From contig CAXXPO010000006.1 of the NCBI GenBank assembly GCA_963665185.2, forward strand, positions 14,156-78,155: DNA of 64,000 nucleotides, in the 5' to 3' direction. Position numbers and translations under genes: made by a program. Under the pieces are notes generated by a model. The model searched no databases. It saw nothing but the letters and a program-made list of their open reading frames with translations, and had not been told where the DNA came from. How positions within the stretch are numbered: position 1 is the first letter of the stretch; each line of letters starts with the position of its first letter. This document shows positions 40,740 to 49,768 of this stretch, piece by piece. This DNA comes from Desulfovibrionaceae bacterium. Its GTDB lineage: Bacteria > Desulfobacterota > Desulfovibrionia > Desulfovibrionales > Desulfovibrionaceae.

Positions 40740-40815
40740 CGAACAACGGCCCCCCGAAGGCCGGCGTACACGACGACTCAAAAGCCCCCGCTTGTCCAAA
40801 CGAACAGGAGATTTC

Positions 40816-41313
40816 ATGCCGTCACAGCCACGGCCTTTTTCCGGCCCACACGTCTATCCCCCATGCATAGCCCGAGCCGAAGCCTACGGGAACTCCGGCT
40901 GCACCTGTGCCGAATCCGTGGCCCTGGCCTTTGGCCCAGCCTTGGGGATGGCCCCGGAAACCGCACGCAAAACAGCTTCCGGATTTGCCGGAGGTATAGG
41001 GCTGAGCGGCGCAACCTGCGGCGCAGTCACTGCCGCCATTCTCATGATCGGCTTGCATTCCGGCCCGGAAACGCTCGAAGACGTGCAATCCCGTCAACAG
41101 ACCTTGCGCATGGCCGGAGAATTCATGAAGCGATTCCGGACGCGGCACGGTTCCACAATCTGCAGGGAACTCTGCACAGCCGGTGATCCGCGTACAGAGG
41201 AAGGATCGCTGGCCATCCGCGCAAGCGGCATGCCGCGTGCGCTTATTCGTAGCGCCTCGGAAATCCTGACAGAATTGCTCCAGGAAGCAGAGAGACAAAC
41301 AAAGAAGCCGTAG
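40816..41313 (+). CDS. C_GCAxxG_C_C family protein (second copy)
   Basis: CAESVALAF, GATCGAVTAAILMIG, STICRELC. Start reset to ATG 40816, behind AGGAG. Confidence 0.82.
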   Translation: MPSQPRPFSGPHVYPPCIARAEAYGNSGCTCAESVALAFGPALGMAPETARKTASGFAGGIGLSGATCGAVTAAILMIGLHSGPETLEDVQSRQQTLRMAGEFMKRFRTRHGSTICRELCTAGDPRTEEGSLAIRASGMPRALIRSASEILTELLQEAERQTKKP

Positions 41314-41325
41314 CGAAAAAAACGC

Positions 41326-42333
41326 CTACTCCGGACCTGCCACGGAAGCGGCGGCCAGTTCCAGAGCGGCCTGCAGGCCTCCGGTATCGGCCCGGCCCGT
41401 TCCCACCAGATCGTACCCCGTGCCGTGGTCCGGCGAAGTCCGAACGAACGGCAGCCCAAGGGTGACGTTGACCGCCTCGCCGAAATGCAGCAACTTGAGA
41501 GGGCCAAGTCCCTGATCGTGATACATGGCCAAAACCGCTCCGAATTCTCCCCGAACAGCGCGTCCGAACACCGTATCCGCAGGAAAAGGCCCGGCCACGG
41601 CCAGCCCCTCCGCCTGCAACTGCTTTACCGCAGGCCGGATAACGCGGACTTCCTCGTCCCCGATTAGGCCATCCTCACCAGCGTGGGGATTCAATCCGCA
41701 GACTGCCAGGGGCTTGTCCTTCTTTCCTGTTTTCTCCAGAAATTCCCGGATAAGCCGGGCGCAGAGCATGACCCGCCCCGCTGTGACAAGCCCGGCCACA
41801 TCACGTAGCGGGGGATGGGTGGTGACCAGTCCCACGGACAACCTGGGGGCATGGAAGTACATGCAAATGGCGTCCTGCGCCAGACCGGAGCGTTGCGCCA
41901 GAAATTCGGTATGACCGGGGAAGACAAACCCGGCCTTGTTCAGCATGGCCTTGTTCAACGGACAGGTGATCAAGGCCCCGGATCGCCACGACAGTATCAT
42001 ATCCAGAGCCATTTCCAGGGAGGCGCCGGCCGCCAGTCCGCCAGCCGCCGTGGCCTGTCCGGGGGTAAACGAAAATCCGTCCAACCCGGCAGGGACCAGA
42101 AGATGCAGACCTGATGCAGGCAGCGAGGCCCGAACATCGGAGCAGGCCAGGGAGGTCCAGAAGTGTTCCATCCCCCGGGCTGCACACCAATGCTCCAGAG
42201 GTTCCCGCGGACCGACAAGGACAATGGGACGGGATTCCAATATACGGAAAAAACCGGCCCGTACCAACATACAGACCAATTCCGGCCCCAGACCGTTGGG
42301 ATCGCCCAGCGTGATTATCAAAGGTTGTTTCAT
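41326..42333 (-). CDS. pdxA: 4-hydroxythreonine-4-phosphate dehydrogenase
   Basis: ITLGDPNGLGPE, FPGHTEFLA, VRTSPDHGT. Confidence 0.9.
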   Translation of the reverse strand: MKQPLIITLGDPNGLGPELVCMLVRAGFFRILESRPIVLVGPREPLEHWCAARGMEHFWTSLACSDVRASLPASGLHLLVPAGLDGFSFTPGQATAAGGLAAGASLEMALDMILSWRSGALITCPLNKAMLNKAGFVFPGHTEFLAQRSGLAQDAICMYFHAPRLSVGLVTTHPPLRDVAGLVTAGRVMLCARLIREFLEKTGKKDKPLAVCGLNPHAGEDGLIGDEEVRVIRPAVKQLQAEGLAVAGPFPADTVFGRAVRGEFGAVLAMYHDQGLGPLKLLHFGEAVNVTLGLPFVRTSPDHGTGYDLVGTGRADTGGLQAALELAAASVAGPE

Positions 42334-42373
42334 GGCTCCAGCCTACGCCCGGTCCGTATCATGAGCAAGAAGA

Positions 42374-44295
42374 TCAGGACGACGGCTTGAAAGCCACTCC
42401 TGCCAGTGGCGGCAAGGTGATTTCCAGATAATGGGAGCGCGGCCCCAAGTCCGAGGGCCTGGCGTGGGCTCCGAAGAAGTTCCCCAGGTCCGAGCCACCG
42501 TATATGGCTGCATCGGAGTTGAAAACCTCGCCCCAATGTCCGCCATGCGGACATGCCAGCACATATCCTTCGCGGACCACGGGCGTAAAATTGAATGCCC
42601 AAAGCACAATCCCGCCCGAGCGTGACTTCCGCATGAAACTGATGGTGGAGGCCTGCCAGTCGTTGTGGTCTATCCACTCGAATCCGGGCCATTCATGATC
42701 CACCTGGTGCATGGCCGGTTCTTCCCGCAAGAATCGGTTCAGGTCCTGGACTGTCTTGGCAACGCCCCGGTGCGCGGGATAGTCGTACAGATTCCAGTCC
42801 AATGCGGCATCGGAATTCCACTCGTTCCACTGGCCGAACTCCGACCCCATGAAAATGAGCTTCTTGCCGGGATGCGCCCACATGTAGCTGAGAAACAACC
42901 GCAGGTTGGCGAACTGCTGCCAGTAGTCTCCAGGCATTTTGGAAATCAGCGCACCTTTACCGTGAACGACCTCGTCGTGCGAAACCGGCAGGATGAAGTT
43001 CTCGGTAAATGCGTAGAGCATGGAAAACGTGAGATTGTTGTGATGGTAGGAACGGTGCACCGGATTCTTTGTAAAGTATTCCAGGGTATCGTTCATCCAG
43101 CCCATGTTCCACTTAAAGGAAAAACCCAACCCCCCGGCATAGATGGGCCTCGACACGCCGGGCCAGGATGTGGACTCCTCGGCAATGACGCAGGCGCCGG
43201 GATAATGAGCATGCACAACCTTGTTCAGTTCGCGCAGGAACTCCACTGCGTCGAGATTTTCGCGTCCGCCGAATTCGTTGGGAATCCATTCGCCGTCCTC
43301 TCGCGAATAGTCCAGGTAGAGCATGGAAGCCACGGCATCAATGCGCAAGCCGTCAAAATGGAATTCCTTGAGCCAGTACAGGGCATTGGCCAAAAGGAAA
43401 TTGCGTACCTCGTGCCGGCCGTAGTTGAAAATAAAGGTGCCCCAGTCCGGGTGCTCCCCCCGGCGCGGATCTTCATGTTCGTACAGGGCGGTTCCGTCGA
43501 AACGCCCCAGACACCATTCGTCCTTGGGAAAATGTCCGGGAACCCAATCCAGATAAATACCGATCCCCTCGTTGTGCAGCCGGTCCACCAGATAGCGCAG
43601 GTCGTCCGGCTCCCCGTATCGGGATGTGGGTGCGAAATAATGGCTGGTCTGGTAGCCCCAGGACTGGTCCAGGGGATGCTCGGCCAGGGGCATGAACTCC
43701 ACATGGGTGAAACCCAATTCCTTGAGGTAGGGAATCAGTTGGTCGGCCAGGTCGCGGTAGTTGAGGAACTGCCCGTATTCCTGGCCACCCCAACGCCAGG
43801 AACCGGGATGGATCTCGTAGACGCTTATGGGCTTGTCCAAAGGCAGACCGTGCGCTCGGCGCTGTTCCATCCACTGGTCATCGCCCCACGTGTATCCGTC
43901 CAAAGGCCAAAGGCGGGCCGCATTGCCCGGTCTGAGTTCGGCATAGATGGCGTACGGATCCGTCTTCAGACAGGTGTACCCGTTCTTGAATTCCACAGCG
44001 TACTTGTAACATGTTCCCTGGGCAAGCCCCGGAACAAAACAGGCCCATATTCCCGATGTTCCGACTGGATAAAGCGGATGCCGTCCGGCTTCCCAACCGT
44101 TGAAATCGCCCACAACACACACGCTGGCGGCATTGGGGGCCCAAACCGCAAAGCGCCAGCCCATCGTTCCGGCCGTCGCTCATGGCATGCGCCCGCAAGA
44201 ATACGGTAGATGTCCCAATGGACGCCTTTCCCGTAGAGGTACAGGTCGAAAGGCGGAATATACGAAGGTACACTTGTTTTGTTGGACACGGGCAA
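42374..44295 (-). pseudogene. glgB: 1,4-alpha-glucan branching enzyme with two +1 frameshifts near the 5' end
   Basis: Frame A (to ~44196): FDLYLYGKGVHWDIYRIL. Frame B: AHAMSDGRNDG. Frame C (from 44164): GWRFAVWAPNAASVCVVGDFNGW, continuing through the full catalytic core. The 1922 nt minus 2 gives 640 codons. Start is TTG 44295 or GTG 44289. Confidence 0.85.
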
Positions 44296-44537
44296 TCCAT
44301 TTCCGCCAAAGGCGGACAGTTACAGAAAACAGAACACACGCGCTGCGCGTATCCGAAAAAAACCGGTCTACGCCAGCCGAAAAACCCACCGCCCCATCCG
44401 GGCTTTGACAGCCCAGGTAGATCCCGAAAAAACGAAACGCACGCTCCGGCCATCGGGACACCGTGAACAACAGTCAGGCTGTCGGGCCCCCTCACGGAAC
44501 AGCTTCACAACACTTCCGGGAAGTCAGGCTTTCCTCT

Positions 44538-44842
44538 TTACACGCGAACTACGGAATTTTCGCAATTTCCGAATTCGCTGAACTCAAAGGTATCCGCCTC
44601 GACTTCGTTTTCCCAGATCCGGCCGTCCAGCAGATAACGGAACTGATACTCGCGTCCGGCTTCCAGATCGAGAGTTTTCGTGAAGCCATCCTTCATCTTG
44701 CGCATGGGCATGGAAGCGGTATCCCATTCATTGAACTCCCCTACAAGATGCACTGTCCTTGCGCTGTTGGCCGCTTCCGCAGGCAGGGTGAAGCTGACTT
44801 TGCAGACCGGCTTGGATTTGAGATATTTCTTTTCAGCGACAT
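44538..44842 (-). pseudogene. CBM48/AMPK-beta-like glycogen-binding module protein with a 1-nt deletion after codon 4
   Basis: ATG 44842 lies behind GGAGG (5-nt spacer), but that frame stops after 32 codons. The conserved module (VHLVGEFNEWD...YQFRYLLDG) lies in the -1 frame. An A-run at 44830-44833 is the likely site. The 305 nt plus 1 gives 102 codons. Confidence 0.75.
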
Positions 44843-45002
44843 GGCGTCCTCCGAAAAGGTTTTTTACATTGCCTTGGGCAATGTAATGATAAAGGCTTTA
44901 TCCATTGTCTATGGTCATAAGGGCCACTGTGCAATATTTATTACGTCCCCCGGATGACATTTATTTTACACTTCCACGGTCGTCACCCGCTGGCGACGCT
45001 TC

Positions 45003-46454
45003 TTACACGTCCACTCCCAGTTCATTATACATGTCCATATAGTGGGTCGCGGAAAGGTCCCAGGTAAAGGCCTGGTTCATGGCACGCTCCACCATGGCGT
45101 TCCAGTAATACCTGTCTTCCCACATGCGCACCGCCGTCTTGACGGCCTTGTAGAACAATTTGCTGTCCGGCTCCTGAAAGGTGAAATCCCGTGGCCTGCG
45201 GCGACGGATACGGGATGATCGTATCCTTGAGTCCGCCCACCGCCGTTGCCACAGGAGGCGTTCCATACCGGCAGGGCGTACATCTGCGTAAGGCCGCACG
45301 GCTCGTAAACGCGACGGCATGAGAAAGATGTCACACCCTGCCTGGATACGGTGGGCAAGGTCCTCGGTGTAGCTGACCTGCACGGAAAGCTGCCCGTGGT
45401 ACTGCTCCATCATGTCCAGAAGTTTGGCCTCGGCCCGCAGGTCGCCCTCGCCCAGAACAACCACGGCCCACGCCCATTTTCATCAGCCGGGGAATGATGT
45501 CGATGAGCAGGTCGATGCCCTTTTGTGCCCGCAGCCGTCCGATGAATCCCAGAATGGGTCTGTCCTCGAGCATGTCCGAAAGATAGAACTCCCGGATGAG
45601 TTTGCGTTTGCACCACATCTTTCCGGTCATACGCCCCGCCGAATAGCAAACTGGGCAGATACCTGTCGGCCTCCGGCGCCCAGACATCGTAATCCGCCCC
45701 GTTGAGAATGCCCCGGATGGACTCCCTGCGTTTCTGCAGAATGCCTTCCAGGCCGCAGCCGAATTGCGGGGTCAGAATCTCCTCCGCATAACTGGGGCTG
45801 ACCGTCGTTATCATGTCGGAATAGGCAATGCCCGACTTGAGCAGGTTGAAGTCGCCGTAATACTCGCATCCGTCCATGTTCCAGGCCTCGGCGGGCAGTC
45901 CGGACTCGTTGAAGAGACGGGAGGAATACCGTCCCTGGAACGCCAGATTGTGAATGGTCAGCACGGTTTTCGTCCTGGCCCAAAAGGGATCGTACTTGCG
46001 AAGAAAGTGGACCCAGGTCGTCGCCAAAGCGGTCTGCCAGTCGTTGACATGGATCACCTGCGGCGGCGTCCCCAGTCTGCGCAGCCATTGCAGCGCTGCC
46101 CGGCAGAAGAAATTAAACCGCTCGCAGTTGTCGAAGTAATCGCCTTTGTAGGTATTGTAATAGGCCCTGCGGTCGAAGTACTCGTCGCGCTGCACAAAAT
46201 AGACGGTAACCCCCCGGTACTGGGCTTGGTAGATTTCCGCGGTGATAGGTTCCCAAGGGTATCCCACGGGGCAGTCCGGGGCCACCAGGCGCAATGGATG
46301 ATCATTGGTTTTCAACCGTCCGTACAAAGGCGTTATGACCGCCACGGGAAGACCGGACTTGGCGACTGCGGGGGGAAGCGCCCCCATGACGTCGGCCAAC
46401 CCGCCCGGTCTTGGAAAAAGGAAACATTTCGGAAGTGATGAAAACCAGCTTCAC
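45003..46454 (-). pseudogene. glgA: glycogen synthase broken by six +1 frameshifts
   Basis: GlgA motifs are spread over all three frames in strict rotation: [17 protein letters not shown] | [11 protein letters not shown]...DRYLP | [11 protein letters not shown]...IIPRLMKM | [10 protein letters not shown]...LMPSR | [12 protein letters not shown] | [16 protein letters not shown]...ATGF | TFQEPD...ELGVDV. The 1452 nt minus 6 gives 482 codons. GTG 46454 lies behind GAGGAG. Confidence 0.85.
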
Positions 46455-46725
46455 TATGCTCGCTCCTCAACAACAAATGTGGCACCCCCCGCCGAAAGAC
46501 GGCACCACACCATAAAACAGCCCGGACACAAAAAACGTCCTTCCCCGCCCAAAGGCGGGTTCACCCCTTCTGTTCCCGACAACGGCCCGACAGCCCCACG
46601 CCGCCTAAAAACAACCTTGCGCGCATCTGGTATTGCGCATGGTTCTGGAATTTTTCTCTCGCCTTGCACTCCAACGGCTTTCAACGGCCAGCCAGCTTGC
46701 ACCTCGTGCAGTAAATCCGGTCTGC

Positions 46726-47188
46726 TCAACGTTGCAACCGATCAAGCGACTGGAAAAAATCCAATACAATACGATTATGATCAAAAACCAAAGGTTCTGG
46801 CAAGGCACTCTGCAAATAAAATGCGGCCTTGGCAGCATCGTCCCCCGCCTGAAGAGCATCGGGATTTTTGGCAAGCCCCGTGTATACCACCGACAACGTG
46901 TGTCCCCGCGGATCGCGGTCCGGATCGGAGTACACACCGAGAAGGCCGGTCAGCACCACATCAAGGCCTGTTTCTTCACAAGCTTCCCGGACCGCGGCGC
47001 TTTGGGCGCATTCGCCGTAATCAATGAATCCGCCGGGCAATGCCCACCCCAAAGGCTCGTTTTTTCCGACTGACCAGCACAATCCCTTTGACGGGATCAT
47101 AGATGACGACATCCACCGTGGGCGTCGGGTTGGTGAACAGTTTGACAGTTTTCCCGCAATAAGGGCACTCCGCCAAAGTTTGGCCCAT
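46726..47188 (-). pseudogene. NUDIX hydrolase with N-terminal zinc ribbon, one +1 frameshift
   Basis: MGQTLAECPYCGKT...IVLVSRK joins NEPLGWALPGGFIDYGE..REACEETG (Nudix box) if one T is removed from the T6 run at 47060-47065. The 463 nt minus 1 gives 154 codons. Confidence 0.8.
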
Positions 47189-47757
47189 TTTTTCCTCCCG
47201 CAATTGTGCAAGCTTCCATCTGTGAGTGCGCCGAATTCCCGCCGGGCCCGGCAGTTGCCGCACCAAGGCACAAACCATCCATCCGGAATCGTTTCGAAGG
47301 ATGGTATCCACCGATTGTAACATCACCATGAATAATTGAACAAAAAAGCACACCCAAGGCAACAATTCTTTTCCATCACAAATTCACTCCGCCACCCCAA
47401 AAAAATTCTTTTCAGAAAAACAGCCTGCACCACATTCACCTAAATCGTGCGCCTTCCCCCATGTTCGATACCGAAAATAAAAATGTTGATTATCGCGCAA
47501 AAATAGCGTGAATAATTATTTTTTTCATCCCAATTAAATATTTTCGACCAAAAACGCTTGATTTTATGTAACATGAATTGCAATTTACAATCATCTTGCC
47601 CCCCATAGCCGGGGCTATGTTTTGCAAGACCCATAAAAAAAAATGATAACCGATATAATCCACCGCCAAATAGGCAGACAGGTAGCCAACACACAGATAA
47701 AGGCTTTCAATTCATATATACGTGGATGGTCTACATCAACTCAAGAGGTGTGTTTTC

Positions 47758-48817
47758 ATGAAAAAGCTCATTAATGCCGTGGAAAATGTGGTGAAGGAAC
47801 AACTTGAGGGCATGGCCCTTGCCCATCCGGAATTGACGGTCAAAACCGAACCTTTTTACCTCTATCGGGCCGATGCCCCTGTAAAAGGCAAAGTGGCTCT
47901 CATTTCCGGCGGCGGCTCCGGCCACGAACCCATGCACGGAGGTTTTGTCGGCAAGGGAATGCTCGACGGCGCATGCCCCGGCGAAGTGTTCACTTCCCCC
48001 CACTCCCGACCAGATGTATGAATGCGCCAAAGCCGTGGACAGCGGCGAAGGGGTTCTGTTCATTGTAAAAAATTACACCGGCGATGTGATGAACTTCGAG
48101 ACTGCCGCTGAACTGGTCGCAGCCGAAGGCATCAAGGTCCAGAATATTCTCATCGACGACGATGTGGCCGTCAAGGACAGCCTGTACACGGCAGGCAGGC
48201 GCGGAGTCGGAACAACGGTTCTGGCTGAAAAAATCGTCGGCGCCGCGGCCGATGCAGGCTACAACCTGGAAAAATGCGCCGACCTTTGCCGCAAGGTGAA
48301 CCAGTACGGCCGTTCTTTCGGCGTAGCCCTGACGTCCTGCACGGTTCCGGCTGCGGGCAAACCCACGTTCGAGCTTGGAGAAACCGAAGTTGAAATGGGC
48401 ATAGGCATCCACGGCGAGCCGGGCACCCATCGGATGCCCATCAAATCCGTTGATGAAATGACCGAATATGTGGCGGAACAGATCATCGACGACCCTGCCT
48501 ACACGCGGACCATCCGGGAATGGGACGGAAACGAATGGGCGGAAAAGACGCTTACGGATGAACCGTTCGCCAGCGGCGACAAGGTCATAGCCTTTGTAAA
48601 CAGCATGGGTGGCACCCCCCTTTCCGAGCTGTACGGGGTGTACAAAAAACTGAACGACGTCTGCGAGGCCAAGGGAATCACCATTGTCCGCAATCTTATC
48701 GGCCCGTACATCACCTCTCTGGAAATGCAGGGGTTTTCCATCACCCTGCTCAAGGTGGATGACGAAATCCTCAAATTCTGGGACGCCCCGGTCAAAACCC
48801 CCGGACTCACCTGGTAA
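47758..48817 (+). pseudogene. dhaK: dihydroxyacetone kinase subunit DhaK with one +1 frameshift
   Basis: [31 protein letters not shown] joins [32 protein letters not shown] if one C is removed from the C6 run at 47996-48001. The 1060 nt minus 1 gives 353 codons. Confidence 0.85.
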
Positions 48818-48988
48818 ATGATGAAAGAGTAGTGTCTCTTCCGATTTTATCTATGGAGACACATTTTTCGGGATTGGTCCCGCCTTTCGAAGCAATGCCG
48901 GAAAAGCGGGACCAATGCCCGGCAAGCACGCCAATCCCCTCCGCAAAAAGTTGTCTATCCGGGCACAGCCGCCCATTGGAGAATAAGA

Positions 48989-49621
48989 ATGTCCATGAAG
49001 AAAACCCAGCTCATTTCCTGGCTTGCCAAATTACACGATGTGTATGCGGAAAAAGAGGCATACCTCACCGAGCTTGACGCCGCCATTGGAGATGCCGACC
49101 ACGGAACCAACATGAACCGCGGCTTCAAGAAGGTGATGGAAAAACTGCCCACGGTGGAAGACAAGGATATCGGAACAATCCTCAAAACCGTCGGAATGAC
49201 TCTCATGTCCAGCGTCGGCGGAGCCAGCGGTCCCCTGTACGGCACGTTCTGGATGAAGGGAGGCATGGCCCTGGCAGGGAAGGAGGAGCTGGATTCCACG
49301 GATTTCATGAATTTCATAGATGCGGGCGTCGGAGGAATCCTCCAGCGCGGCAGACCTGAGCCGGGCGACAAGACCATGTACGATTTCTGGGGTCCGGTTC
49401 TGGATGAAATCAAGACACGTGCCGCCAACGGGGAGGAGGTGTCCGCCATTGTGAACGCCGTTCTTCCCACGGGCGAAAAGGCCCTGCTTGCCACCATTCC
49501 CCTGCAGGCGAAAAAAGGACGCGCCAGCTACCTCGGGGAAAGAAGCATAGGGCATCAGGACCCTGGCGCAACATCGTCATACTACATGCTTGAAACCCTC
49601 GGGCAGATTCTCGCCGGATAG
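48989..49621 (+). CDS. dhaL: dihydroxyacetone kinase ADP-binding subunit DhaL
   Basis: LDAAIGDADHGTNMNRGF and GGASGPLYGTFW motifs. Confidence 0.9.
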   Translation: MSMKKTQLISWLAKLHDVYAEKEAYLTELDAAIGDADHGTNMNRGFKKVMEKLPTVEDKDIGTILKTVGMTLMSSVGGASGPLYGTFWMKGGMALAGKEELDSTDFMNFIDAGVGGILQRGRPEPGDKTMYDFWGPVLDEIKTRAANGEEVSAIVNAVLPTGEKALLATIPLQAKKGRASYLGERSIGHQDPGATSSYYMLETLGQILAG

Positions 49622-49768
49622 CACGGGAGATGAAAACTCCACGGGGATGAGGAATCCGCCATCCCCTGCTGCGTGGCCTGCCCGGCAAGACAACCAGAGC
49701 GGATGCCGTGCGTTTCAGGAACTTTTCCAGACACTTTTTCCCCGGTTCTTTTTGTGGAGCATGGTGAT

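Noticed and set aside
40570-40815. N-terminal extension of the second C_GCAxxG_C_C gene (the 247-aa version)
   Set aside because: The extension overlaps the 3' end of the deacetylase gene and is Pro/Arg/Ser-rich. ATG 40816 has its own AGGAG.
43878-44495. 205-aa minus-strand ORF (and 43966..44295, 44180..44470) as independent genes upstream of glgB
   Set aside because: These are the alternative frames created by the two glgB frameshifts. Only short segments of each carry GlgB-like sequence.
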